Origin: Mobula hypostoma
Taxonomy: Eukaryota
Direction of reading: 5' to 3'
Length of the DNA stretch: 64,000 nt
Assembly: GCF_963921235.1 (NCBI RefSeq)
Contig: NC_086097.1
Location: 100,938,001 to 101,002,000 of the forward strand
Positions 1-10,714 of this stretch are shown here, in pieces (the stretch's first letter is position 1; each line of letters begins with the position of its first letter). The notes under the pieces were generated by a model. The model was not told where the DNA came from, did no database searches, and worked only from the letters and a program-made list of their open reading frames with translations. Made by a program: the position numbers and the translations under genes.

Positions 1-495
1 TCACAAACATCAAGATTTCTCTCACTGGTTAATATTGAAGTATTCACTAAGGACCTTACCTTCCGCCTCTGACTCCAGGCATACATTTCCTTTTTTACCC
101 CTGGTTGGTCCTAACCTTACTCTAGTCATCATCCTGTTTTTCACGTGTTTGGAACACCTTGAGGTTTTCATTAATCCTTCTCACCGCCAATGCCTTCTCA
201 TGCCCCCTTCTAGCTCTCCTAACTCCATTCTTCAGTTCCTTCCTGGCCATCTTGTAACTTCCAAGAGCCCTGTCTAATTCCTGCTTCCTAAACTTATGTA
301 AGCTTCCTTCTTCCTCTTGACTAGATGTTCCATATCTCTTGTAAACCATGGTTTCTTCACCCTACCAACCATTCCCTGCTTCAATGGAACAAACCTACCC
401 AGAACCCCATGTAAGTGTTCCCTAAACAACCTCCACATTTCCATGGTCATTTGCCTACACATCCATTCCCAATTTATGCTCCCAAGTTTCTGCCT
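1..495 (-). mobile_element. CR1-type LINE ORF2 fragment
   Basis: Minus-strand ORFs 122-349 and 274-498 give the CR1 inter-domain linker (PWFTRDMEHLVKRKKEAY, ARRGHEKALA), matching other CR1 copies in the window. Confidence 0.8.
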
Positions 496-996
496 CAAAA
501 GAGAGGAGTTGACTAAAGTAAGTTGGAAGGAGATACTGGTAGGGATGACAGCAGAGCAGGAATGGCTTGGGTTTCTGGGAAAAATGAGGAAGGTGCAGGA
601 TCAATGTATTCTGAAAACAAAGAAATAATTAAATGGCAAAATAGGTAAATTATAAGTATTGTGAACAGTTTTGGGCTCCCCATCTAAGAAAAGATGTGCT
701 GGTGTTTGAGAGGTTCCAGCAGAGGTTCACAAGGATGATTCTGGGAATGAAAGGGTTATCACATGAGGAATGTTTGATGGCTCTCGGCCTGTACTTGCTG
801 GAATTTAGAGGGATGAGAAGGAGAATGTTGAAAGGCCGAGTCACAGTAGATGTGGAAAGGATGTTTCCCATGGTAGGGTAGCCTAAGACAAGAGCGCACA
901 GCCTCAGGATAGAGGGGCATCCATTTAAAACAGATGTGGAGAAATTTCTTTAGCCAGAGGGTGGTGAATTTGTTACCACATGCAGCTGTGGAGGCC
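496..996 (+). mobile_element. Internally deleted CR1-type LINE fragment
   Basis: REELTKVSW..EQEWLGF is joined directly to the ORF2 C-terminus (ERFQQRFTRMI, RNFFSQRVVNL). Confidence 0.8.
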
Positions 997-3382
997 ATAA
1001 GCCATAAGAGCAGAATTACGCCATTCAGCCCATTGAGTCCACTCCACCATTCCATCATGACTGATCTTGGATCCCACTCAACACCGTACACCTGCCTTCT
1101 CGCCATATCCTTTGATGCCCTGACTAATCAGGAAACTATCAATTTCTGCCTTAAATATACCCATGGACTTGGCCTCTACTGCAGTCTGTGGTAAAGTATT
1201 CCATAGATTTACTACTCTCCGGCAAAAAAAAATTCCTCCTTACTTCTGTCCTAAAAGGTTACCCCTCAACTTTGAGGCCGTGTCCTCTGGTTCTGGATAT
1301 CCCCACCATAGGAAACATCCTCTCCACATTGACCCTATCTAGTCCTTTCAATTTTGAGTAGGCTTCAATGAGATCCTCCCCTCATTGTTCTAAATTCCAG
1401 AGAGTACAGGCCAAACGTTGCCAAATGCTCCTCATATGTTAATCCCTTCATTTCCAGAATTATCCTCGTGAACCTCCTCTGGACCCTCTCCAATAACAAC
1501 ACATGCTTTCTGAGATATGGGGCCCAAAACTGTTGACAATACTCCAAGTACAGCCTGACTAGAGTCTTATAAAGCCTCAGCATTATCTCCTTGCTTTTAT
1601 TTTCTATTCTCCTTGAAATAAATGCCAGTATTGCATTTGCTGCCATTACCACAGACTCAAACTGTAAATTAACCTTCTGGGCATCTTGCACAAGGACCCC
1701 CAAGTCCCTCTGCACCTCAGTTTGAACCTTCTCCTATTTAAATAATAGTTCGCACTATTGTTCCTTTTACCAAAATGCATTACACATTTCCCAACACTGT
1801 ATTCCATCTGACACGTTTTTGCCCATTCTTCCAATTCATCTAAATCCTGCTGCAAAAGCATTACTTTCTCAGCACTACCTACCCCTCCACCTATCTTCGT
1901 ATCATCTGCGAACTTTGCCACAAAACCATCAATTCCATTATCTAAATCACTGACAATGTGAAAAGCGGCGGTCCCAATACTGACCCCTAAGGAACACCAC
2001 TAGCAGCCAACCAGAAAAGGCCCCTTTTATTCCCACTCGCTGCCTCCTGCCTGTCAGCCATTTCACTATCCATGTCAGTATCTTTCCAGTAACACCATAG
2101 AATTTATCTTGTTAAGCAGCCTCATGTGTGGCACCTTATCAAACGCCTTCTGAACATCCAAGTAAATGACATCCACTGCCTCTCCTTTGTCCTCCTTGCT
2201 TGTTATTTCCTCGAAGAACTTGAACAGATTTGTCAGGCAAGATTTCCCTTTACAGAAACCATGCTGACTTTAACTTACTTTTTCATTAGTCTTCAAATAC
2301 CTTGAAACCTCATCCGTAATAATGGAAACCAACACTTTCCAATCACTGAGGTCAGGCTAACTGGCCTTTCTTTTCCCTAACTCCCTTCTTAAAGAGTGGA
2401 GTGTCATTTGCAATTTTCCAGTCCTCCAGGACCATGCCAGAATTAAGTGATTCTTGAAAGATCATGACGAATGCATCCGTTATCTTGTCAGCAACCTGTC
2501 TCAGGGCTCTGGGATGTAGTCCATCTGGTCCAGGTGATCTATCCACCTTAAGACTTTTGAGTTTACCTCGCACTTTTTCCTTTTAATAGCAATGGCACTC
2601 ACTCCTGCTCCTTGACACTCACGGACCTCTGGCACACTGCTAGTATCTTCCACAGTTAAGACAGATGCAAAGTACCCATTGAGTTCATCTGCCATTTCTT
2701 TGTCTCCCATTAAAACCTCACCAGCATCATTTTCCAGTGAGTCCAATATCAACTCTCACCTCCTTTTCACTCTTTATAGAACTGGGAAAAAAACTCTTGG
2801 TATCCTGCATTATATTATCAGCTAGTCTGCCTTCATATTTCATCTTTTCCCTTCTTATAGCTTTTTTGTTGCCTTTTGTTAGATTTTAAAAGCTTCCCAA
2901 TTATCCAACGTCCCACTATTTTTGCTACCTTGTATGCTTTTTCCTTGGCTTTTATGCAGTCCTAACTTCCTTTGTCAGTCATGGTTGCTTACCCCTGCCA
3001 TTTGAAAATTTCTTCTTCTGTGGGACTTATCTATCCTGCTACGCCTTGTGAACTATTCCCAGAAACTTCAGCCATCTCTGCTATCATCCTCGCCAGTACC
3101 CTCCTCTAACCCACTGGGGCAAGCTCCTCTCTCATGCCTCCGTAATACCCTTTATTCCATTGCGATACTGATACATCCGACTTGCACTGCTCCCTCTCAA
3201 ATTGCAGCATGAATTCAATCATATTATGATCAGTGCTTTTAAGGGTTCCTTTACATTAAGCTCCCTCATAAGAACTGGCTAAGATGGCCAGATGGCCTTT
3301 CCCCGATGAGGCTCAAGCACAAACTGCTTTAAAAAGCCATCTCGTAGGCATTCAGCAAATACCATCTCTTGCGATCTGACAC
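997..3382 (-). mobile_element. CR1-type LINE, 3' part (continues at 13453-13790)
   Basis: 3' tail ATAAGCCATAAG; minus-strand ORFs with KFADDTKIGG, SPGPDGLHPR and LEYCQQFW; interrupted at CTGACAC (3376-3382). Confidence 0.9.
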
Positions 3383-3397
3383 ACCCTATATATATAG

Positions 3398-3505
3398 TCA
3401 TAAGTCATACTTTATTGATCCCGGGGGAAACTGGTTTTCACTACAGTTGCACCATAAATAATAAATAGTAATAGAACCATAAATAGTTAAATAGTAATAT
3501 GTAAA
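3398..3505 (-). mobile_element. Rex1/Babar-type LINE 3' UTR, split by the LTR element
   Basis: Near-identical to 8959-9060 and 54615-54716; resumes at 7546 after the LTR element. Confidence 0.85.
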
Positions 3506-4137
3506 TGTAAGGGGGTTTTGACTTTTATGTTACAGCGGAGGCTAATTAAAATGGCGTCTTTGTTATGTTAATCTGGGGAATGCGGCTTTGTTGTGTTATT
3601 AACCAATTGGGATAGATGTTATGGTTTTGGTGTATTTGAAAATAATGTATGCGGGGGGTTTGGGGACAGAAGCTGGAAGAGCGAGACAGAGGATGGACGA
3701 GGTGCTGTGATGTCCGCGAACGGGGTCGGACCCCGAGGAAGGCATTCGGCGAGAAGACGGATACGGACTCGTGTGGAGCATCTGGTCGAACACTGTTGGT
3801 GGTCCCAGGTGGCCGGTCAAGGTGGTCCGAGGGTCGCAGGGTGAAGAAGAAGGTCCTTGAGCTCCAACTGTTTGTGCATGAAGAGATTGAACTTTGATAA
3901 GTATGGCGCCTTTTATTTTCCTTTTATATTTATTCTCTACTAATTATATAGTTCCAGTAATATCTATAAACTGTAAATCATTTAATCGTGTCTGGTGTAT
4001 TGTCTGTTATTTGGGCGGGGTGGGGTACATCACACAGCATCCACACAAACAAATTATCCAGTTTGCCGGGGCCGAAGGCTGTTTCCCTGGACGACAGCGA
4101 GCCGAGCGACCCTGAGGGTGGCCGGGGGGGTGCTACA
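3506..4137 (+). repeat. 5' LTR (632 bp)
   Basis: Begins TGTAAG and ends CTACA; direct repeat of 6848-7541; followed by the PBS. Confidence 0.95.
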
Positions 4138-4139
4138 TT

Positions 4140-4844
4140 GTGGGGGCTCGTCCGGGATTGAGTCTGCTGGTATGCTGTGTGGGTGCCCTGTTTAAATCTG
4201 TAATGTGTGTCTCTGTGGGTTATTTGCTGGTAATTGCTGTATGTGTGATGGGTGAGGTCTTTGTTCGAGTTCGGGTTGGCATTGACGAGTTGGAGGTGGC
4301 ACCCAGGGCTGTCCATGCAGTTGGGAGAGAGATGAAAGAGTGGTCTGATTTGGAGGTAGGGACTGTGAATAAATTTTCCAGCTCTGGCAGGCTCCGCCTG
4401 GCGTTTGGGATAGTGTCCACCCCAGGAGGGGCGGAGGCGTGCGAGACGCGGGCGGAGCAGATTTCTCAGTTGTTAGATGAGTGGCAGTGCTCGGTTGAGG
4501 GAGAGTGACAGGGATTGGTTGAAGGTTTGAGTAGGCGGGCTGGTGACGGTGTTAGAGCTGTCAGGTTCACTTACACCGTAGTGACAGCTGTCAGTTATTT
4601 GAAAGAGGGGGGAAAGTTTTCAGTGTGTCTTCCCTGGTGAGGAAGGTGGCTAAATTGCTTGCAGTGCCAGGGGGATCATTTCAGGGGATCAGCCCCTCCT
4701 TCAGTTGTTCAGCTGATCAGAGAGGTGTCGGGAAACTTAGTGGAGGCCCAGTGGGAGAACGGCTCGGAGTCTCTGAGGAAGCACGTTCCCAGCAATGTAC
4801 CGATGAACTTCCAAAAGGAGAAGACCCTATTCCTGAAGGCTTAG
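4140..4844 (+). pseudogene. Abridged PNMA-like Gypsy gag with in-frame stops
   Basis: One frame reads [57 protein letters not shown], resembling PNMA-type Gypsy capsid. TGA stops at 4506-4508 and ~4638. Confidence 0.8.
4141..4158 (+). promoter_or_regulatory. Primer-binding site complementary to the tRNA-Pro 3' end
   Basis: TGGGGGCTCGTCCGGGAT, 3 nt after the LTR end; this is the canonical 18-nt PBS(Pro) sequence. Confidence 0.92.
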
Positions 4845-5640
4845 AGGGACCACGCCCCAGGGTGTCGCTATGGATAGAGGAAAGCGATGCTAAAGCCATC
4901 CTCGACCCCAGGGCACAGGTAAAGTTGTTGTACAGTTCGATTTACAACTGGTGTTTGAAGCATTTATCCTCGACAACTGCAAGGGCACTGGAGACTTTGG
5001 GTACTAGTGGCAGTAGTTATCCAGAAGACGATGATTGGTTAATGATCCTGGAGTTCATGGAGGCATTGTCTGGGCACCCAGCATGTCGAGTTGCTTCTGA
5101 GGACGTGTGTAGCAGCCTTGAGCTGGTACCGAATTTAAACGAGACCCAGCGGTGGTACGGCTTGGGGAAAGTAGCTGAGGGTGAGACCCTCTTAGTAGAT
5201 GCTCCGAACTACCACGAGGGAGGGGAGTTGACCGCTGAAGACTCCTCAGTGAGAGAGAGGTCGCGGCAACTGGACCCTAGTGGCGTGGAAGATGAAGGCA
5301 GCGTGTGTGTGGATTATGCGATGTGGTTTAATGTGCTGCATCTGAGGAGTGGATGTTGGCAGATCCTGAGGAGTGCGGCTGTTGAGCTGAAGATGGCCGT
5401 TACTAGTTCCCTAGGATTCTTCCGATCCGAAAAGATGCCCAAGGGAATATCCGGAGCCCCTGCATCCTTCCCGCGGGGCATGAGGAAGACCATGGGGGAA
5501 GTGAAGGCGTGTAGAGTTTTGACGTATGTGGATGACCGCCTAGAGCTTGGATTCGCCCGGGGGGACTATGAGGCGAGGCGAGTGGCTGAGCCCGGGCGAC
5601 TGAAGCGAAGTGTCAAATGTGGAGGAGTTTTTGGCTGGAG
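4730..5640 (+). pseudogene. Abridged pol remnant (aspartic protease and RT pieces)
   Basis: [18 protein letters not shown] is a degenerate LLDTGSQV protease motif. [27 protein letters not shown]...VLTYVDD matches RT KTAF..MPxG..PATF..YLDD. No RNase H or integrase core is visible. Confidence 0.8.
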
Positions 5641-6345
5641 GACTTTGGTGCAATGTGAGAAAAATGACCCGACATACCAGTTGAACTTCCTGGTGTTGGA
5701 ACAGACGGTGGTGGACCAGGGAATGGAAACCCAGGTCGTCAATCTGAATGAGACACAGGGAGAAGAGGGGATTTGCACCACACTGTGGTCATGTACTGAT
5801 GAATTAATCCAGTGAGAAGAAACAATGACCCGCCTTCGAATGGACCAGCAGAAACTCAAGACGTCGATTCAGAAAAGATTGGAAGACTTACAAGTTGGGG
5901 AAGATCATGGAAGTGTTCTGACTAAGGTCAACAGAAAACCGAGAGCCCAGGGAGGGGAGTTTGACTACACTCCCGAGGAGGTGAAGGAATGGAGGACAGA
6001 TCTCGGAAAAGGGAGGCGGACGCTTGAAAGGAACCTGAAGATGACAATCGTGAGTTTAAATGAAGTGGAAAAACTGAAAGTTGACCTGGAAGACGCCCTC
6101 AGGAAGAAACAACCGGAGGCTGAACATTCTTTAACTGCTGCTTTTCAGGTCGGGGTGGCAGAAGCTGGTTGGGTAACTGCGTCCCAGATTGAGATGGCCC
6201 AGAACCCTGAGTCAGAACTGCGGAGGCTGTGGCGAGAGTTGAAGGAGTCCCTGAAGAAGCTGACGTCTCGACTGCAGGAGGCTGAAGGGGTAGCTCCGGC
6301 TAAATGTTTCAGTTTGGAGAAACTCAAACAGCAGCTACCGATCGA
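5641..6345 (+). pseudogene. Transduced, intronless fragments of a sarcomeric myosin heavy-chain coiled-coil rod (MYH16-like) inside the LTR element
   Basis: In correct order: [135 protein letters not shown]. These parallel recalled myosin II rod motifs (EKNDL, LDDLQAEEDKVN.LTK, EAGGATSAQIEM, KKLAQRLQEAEE, AKCSSLEK). Confidence 0.82.
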
Positions 6346-6834
6346 AGGAATGAGGAAGGATACGGATTCGAAGGATGATGTGCTGCACATGTGGTACATG
6401 CTGCCTTTCGCTAACTTCCCCGTGATTGAGGAAGAGACCTTTGGCCCTTCTCCCACTGAGTCAGGTGTAGTGGGGAGGGCTAGCTGTCGGCAGTCTGAGT
6501 TATGGCAGGATCAGGAAGGAGGAGAGGCGGGGCCCCGGACACGGGACAGGGGGCTCCGAGCTGTAGTGGAGGCCTGAGTGAGAGAGGAGTTGGCAAGCAG
6601 GCCCAAGGTATCCCTAGTAGTGTCTGAGCCTTTTGGGTTTAGGTGAGGGGGTACCGAAGTCTCGGAGGGTTAAGAAGCTCTCAGATAGGTTGGCCTATGT
6701 AGCGCCCGTGGGACAGGAGTAAGGTCCACTGTTTGGGGAGCACTGTCACTGTGTGTATCTGTGTATATGTGTGTTGTGTGTCTGCAGGACTGGTTGGCGA
6801 GTTATTTAGAAGTCATGAGGATATGACTTTATTT

Positions 6835-6847
6835 GGTGGGGGGAGAG
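6835..6847 (+). promoter_or_regulatory. Polypurine tract
   Basis: GGTGGGGGGAGAG immediately before the TG of the 3' LTR. Confidence 0.85.
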
Positions 6848-7541
6848 TGTAAGGGGGTTTCGACTTTTATGTTACTGCGGAGGCTAATTACAATGGCGTC
6901 TTTGTTATGTTAATCTGGGGAATGCGGCTTTGTTGTGTTAAATGCTGAGAAAGTTTGTGCTAGTAGTTTGTTTTGATTTAGAGTGTGATAAGATGGTGCT
7001 ATTAACCAATTGGGATAGTTGTTATGGTTTTGGTGTATTTGAAGATACTGCATGCGCGGGGTTTTGGGGCAGAAGGCGGGAAAGCGAGACAGAGGATGGA
7101 CAAGGTGCTGTGATGTCCGCTAACGGGGTCGGACCCCGAGGAGGGCGTTCGACGAGGAGACGGAGATGGACTCGTGTGGAGCGTCTGGTCGACCACCGTT
7201 GGTGGTCCCAGGCGGCCGGTTGAGGTGGCCCGAGGGGTCACAAGGTGAAGAAGAAGGTCCTTGAGCTCCAACTGTTTGTGCAGGAAGAGATTGAACTTTG
7301 ATAAGTGTGGCGCCTTTTATTTTCCTTTTATATTTATTCTCTATTAATTATATAGTTCCCGTAATATCTATAAACTGTAAATCATTTAATCATATCTGGT
7401 GTATTGTCTGTTATTTGGGCGGGGTGGGGTACATCACACAGCATCCACACAAATGAATTACCCAGTTTGCCGGGGCCGAGGGCTGTTTCCCTAGACGACA
7501 GCGAGCCGAGTGACCCTGAAGGTGGCCGGGGGGGGGCTACA
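6848..7541 (+). repeat. 3' LTR (694 bp)
   Basis: Direct repeat of 3506-4137 plus a ~62-bp segment (~6940-7001) missing from the 5' LTR. Confidence 0.95.
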
Positions 7542-7545
7542 TAAA

Positions 7546-7681
7546 TTATGCCAGTAAATTATAAAATAAGTCCAGGACCAGCCTATTAGCTCAGGGTGTC
7601 TGACCCTCCAAGGGAGGAGTTGTAAAATTTGTTGGCCACAGGCAGGAATGACTTCCTATGACGCTCTGTGTTGCATCTCAG
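7546..7681 (-). mobile_element. Rex1/Babar LINE continuation
   Basis: TTATGCCAG..AAGTCCAGGACCAGCCTATT..GCATCTC matches 9060-9180. Confidence 0.85.
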
Positions 7682-10384
7682 TGCAATGCTACTGAAAATG
7701 TCAAATGTAGAGAATTAGATTCTCTGTTGGAGATAATCACTGTGCCTCACTTCCATTATGTGAACGTTATTTGCTACTTATCAGCCCAATTGTCCAGAGC
7801 TGACTGCATACAGCCATGGGATCCTTCATTGGCTGAAAACTAGTGAATGGAATTGAATACTGTACATTCCTCAGCACAACCACCACAGTTCTAATATTGT
7901 GATTGATGAAGCAGATAAAGATGAGTTTAGGACCTCTTGCAGTGATGTCCTATGGCTGTAACAACTGACTTCCCACAACCACAATTATCTTCCTTTGTAC
8001 AACACCAGCAATTCTGTAAATCAGCGAGTTATTTTGTTATTGTTGGTCTCCCCTCTCGCTGTGCAATACCTCTCTCCCCCTTTACTACAGAGAGATGTCG
8101 AATTGGTCAGGTGAACAATCAAATTTTCTGTACTGCAGATCCTGGTCCCTCCTGTGGGCTTTGGTGTTAAACCATAAGGCCACAGATATAGGAGCAGAAG
8201 TAGGCCATTCGGCCCATAAAGTCTGCTCCACTATTCAATCATGGGCTGATCCAATTCTTTCAGTCATCCCCACTCCCCTGCCTTCTTCCCATACCCTTTG
8301 ATGCCCTGGCTATTCTAGAACCTATCTATCTCTGCCTGAAATGACTTGGCCTCTACAGGCGCTCATGGCAACAAATTCCACAGATTTACCACCCTCTCAC
8401 TAAAGTAATTTCTCCACATCTCTGTTCTAAATGGACGTTCTTCAATCCTGAAATTGTGCCCTCTTGTCCTAGACTCCCCTACCATGGGGAGTTATGTTCT
8501 ATATGTTCTTATGTTTTTATGTTCTATAGCTCCAGAAATGAATACCAACATTGCAATCGCCTTCTTCACCACAGACTCTACCTGCAGGTTTACCTTCAGG
8601 GTATCCTGCACAAGGACTCCCAACTACCTTTGCATCTCTGTATTTTAAATTCCCTTACCCATCTAAGTAATAGTCTGTCTGTTTATTTCTTCCACCAAAG
8701 TGCATGACCATACACTTTCCAACATTGTATTTCGTTTGCCATTTCTTTGCCCATTCCCTTAAACTATCCAAGTCTCTCTGCAAGCTCTCTGTTTCCTCAA
8801 CACCACCCGCTCCTCCACCTATCTTTGTATCATCAGCAAATTTAGCTACAAATTCATTAATCCCATAGTCCAATTCCTTGACATACATTGTAAAAAGCAG
8901 GGGTCCCAACACTGACCTCAGTGGAACCTCAGTGGTAACTGGTAGCCAGCCAGAATAGTCATACTTTATTGATCCCGGGGGAAATTGGTTTTCGTTACAG
9001 TTGCACCATAAATAATAAATAGTAATAAAACCATAAATAGTTAAATAGTAATATGTAAATTATGCCAGGAAATAAGTCCAGGACCAGCCTATTGGGTGGC
9101 TGGCCCTCCAAGGGAGGAGCTGTAAAGTTTGATGGCCACAGGCAGGAATAACTTCCTATGATGCTCTGTGCTGCATCTCGGTGGAGTGAGTCTCTGGCTG
9201 AATGTACTCCTGTGCCCAACCTGTACATTATGTAGTGGACGGGAGACATTGTCCAAGATGGTATGCAACTTGGACAGCATCCTCTTTTCAGACACCACTG
9301 TCAGAGAGTCCAGTTCCATCCCCACAACATCACTGGCCTTACGAATGAGTTTGTTGATTCTGTTGGTGTCTGCAACCCTCAGCCTGCCGCCCCAGCACAC
9401 AACAGCAAACATGATCGCACTGGCCACCACAGACTCGTAGAACATCCTCAGCATCGATCAGCAGATGTTAAAGGACCTCAGTCTCCTCAGGAAATAGAGA
9501 TGGTTCTGACCCTTCTTGTAGACAGCCTCAGTGTTCTTTGTCCAGTCCAGTTTATTGTCAATTTGTATCCCCAGGTATTTGTAATCCTCCACCATGTCCA
9601 CACTGACCCCCTGGATGGAAATAGGGGTCACCGGTACCTTAGCTCTCCTCAGGTCTACCACCAGCTCCTTAGTCTTTTTCACATTAAGCTGCAGATAATT
9701 TTGCTCACACCATGTGACAAAGTTTCCTACCGTAGCCCTGTACTCAGCCTCATCTCCCTTGTTGATGCATCCAACTATGGCAGAGTGATCAGAAAACTTC
9801 TGAAGATGACAAGACTCTGTGCAGTAGTTGAAGTCCGAGGTGTAAATGGTGAAGAGAAAGGGAGACAAGACAGTCCCCTGTGGAGCCCCAGTGCTGCTGA
9901 TCACTCTGTCGACACACAGTGTTGCAAGCACACATACTGTGGTCTGCCAGTCAGGTAATCAAGATTTCATGATACCAGGGAAGCATCCACCTGCATCGCT
10001 GTCAGCTTCTCCCCCAGCAGAGCAGGGCGGATGGTGTTGAACGCACTGGAAAAGTCAAAAAACATGACCCTCACAGTGCTCGCTGGCTTGTCCAGGTGGG
10101 CGTAGACACAGTTCAGCAGGTAGACGATGGCATCCTCAACTCCTAGTCAGGGCTGGTAGGCGAACTGGAGGGGATCTAAGTGTGGCCTGACCATAGGCCA
10201 GAGCAGCTCCAGAACAAGTCTCTCCAGGGTCTTCATGATGTGGGAGGTCAATGCCACCAGTCTGTAGTCATTGAGGCCACTGGGGCGCGGCATCTTCGGC
10301 ACAGGGACGAGGCAGGATGTCTTTCACAGTACAGGAACCCTCCGGAGCCTCAGGCTCAGGTTGAATACATGGCGAAGAACTCCA
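7682..10384 (+). repeat. Local segmental duplication, copy A (copy B 53082-56048)
   Basis: Low-copy flank, CR1 3' end and the same Rex1 insertion junction recur at offset 45400; ORFs 7952/53352 and 8095/53495 are identical. Confidence 0.95.
8171..8958 (-). mobile_element. CR1-type LINE 3' fragment with internal deletion
   Basis: CCATAAGGCCACAGATATAGGAGCAG tail; KFADDTKIGG ORF at 8655-8912. Confidence 0.88.
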
Positions 10385-10714
10385 CATAGCTGAGGGGCAC
10401 AGGCTTTGAGCACCCTGGTACTGACACCATCCGGTCCTGCAGCCTTGCTTGGGTTGAGACATTTCAGTTGTGTTCTCACCTGTTCAGGTGTGAAGCCCAC
10501 CGTAGTGGCTTTGTGTGGGGAAGGGGTATAGTCTTGAGAGCAGGGTGGGGGACTGTGAGGAGGGGTAAGAGGGGAGAGTGGAATATGTGTTGGTTGGGGG
10601 CCGACAACAGGTGGCTCATGTGGGGGATGGGCAGGGGCCACAATGTCAAATCTGTTAAAGAACAGGTTAAGTTCATTAGCCCTGTCCACACTGCCTTCAG
10701 CTCCTCCGTTGCTG
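8959..10714 (-). mobile_element. Rex1/Babar-type non-LTR retrotransposon, 5'-truncated
   Basis: KAAGPDGV, GAPQGTVLSPFLFTIYT, LQKFSD(H)SAIVG, LNVKKTKELVVD, FYESVVASAIMFAVVCWG; AATAAA plus (CTATGA)-type tail. Confidence 0.88.

Larger units (their letters stand above)
3506..7541 (+). mobile_element. Non-autonomous Ty3/Gypsy LTR retrotransposon (PNMA-like gag) carrying captured myosin-rod sequence
   Basis: Two direct LTRs TGTAAG...CTACA (3506-4137, 6848-7541); 4-bp TSD TAAA (3502-3505, 7542-7545); PBS and PPT present; gag, protease and RT remnants inside. Confidence 0.95.

Noticed and set aside
4141..4158. tRNA-Pro gene
   Set aside because: Only the 18-nt complement of the tRNA 3' end (including CCA) is present; this is a PBS.
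5825..6577. 250-aa ORF as an exon of a genuine host myosin gene or as an env gene
   Set aside because: It lies between paired LTRs, joins non-adjacent rod segments with no introns, and has no motor-domain exons nearby. It shows no signal peptide, furin site or TM helix as expected for env.
9263..9958. Long plus-strand ORF (and similar ones at 12187, 18042, 50360)
   Set aside because: Antisense shadows of LINE RT coding sequence.
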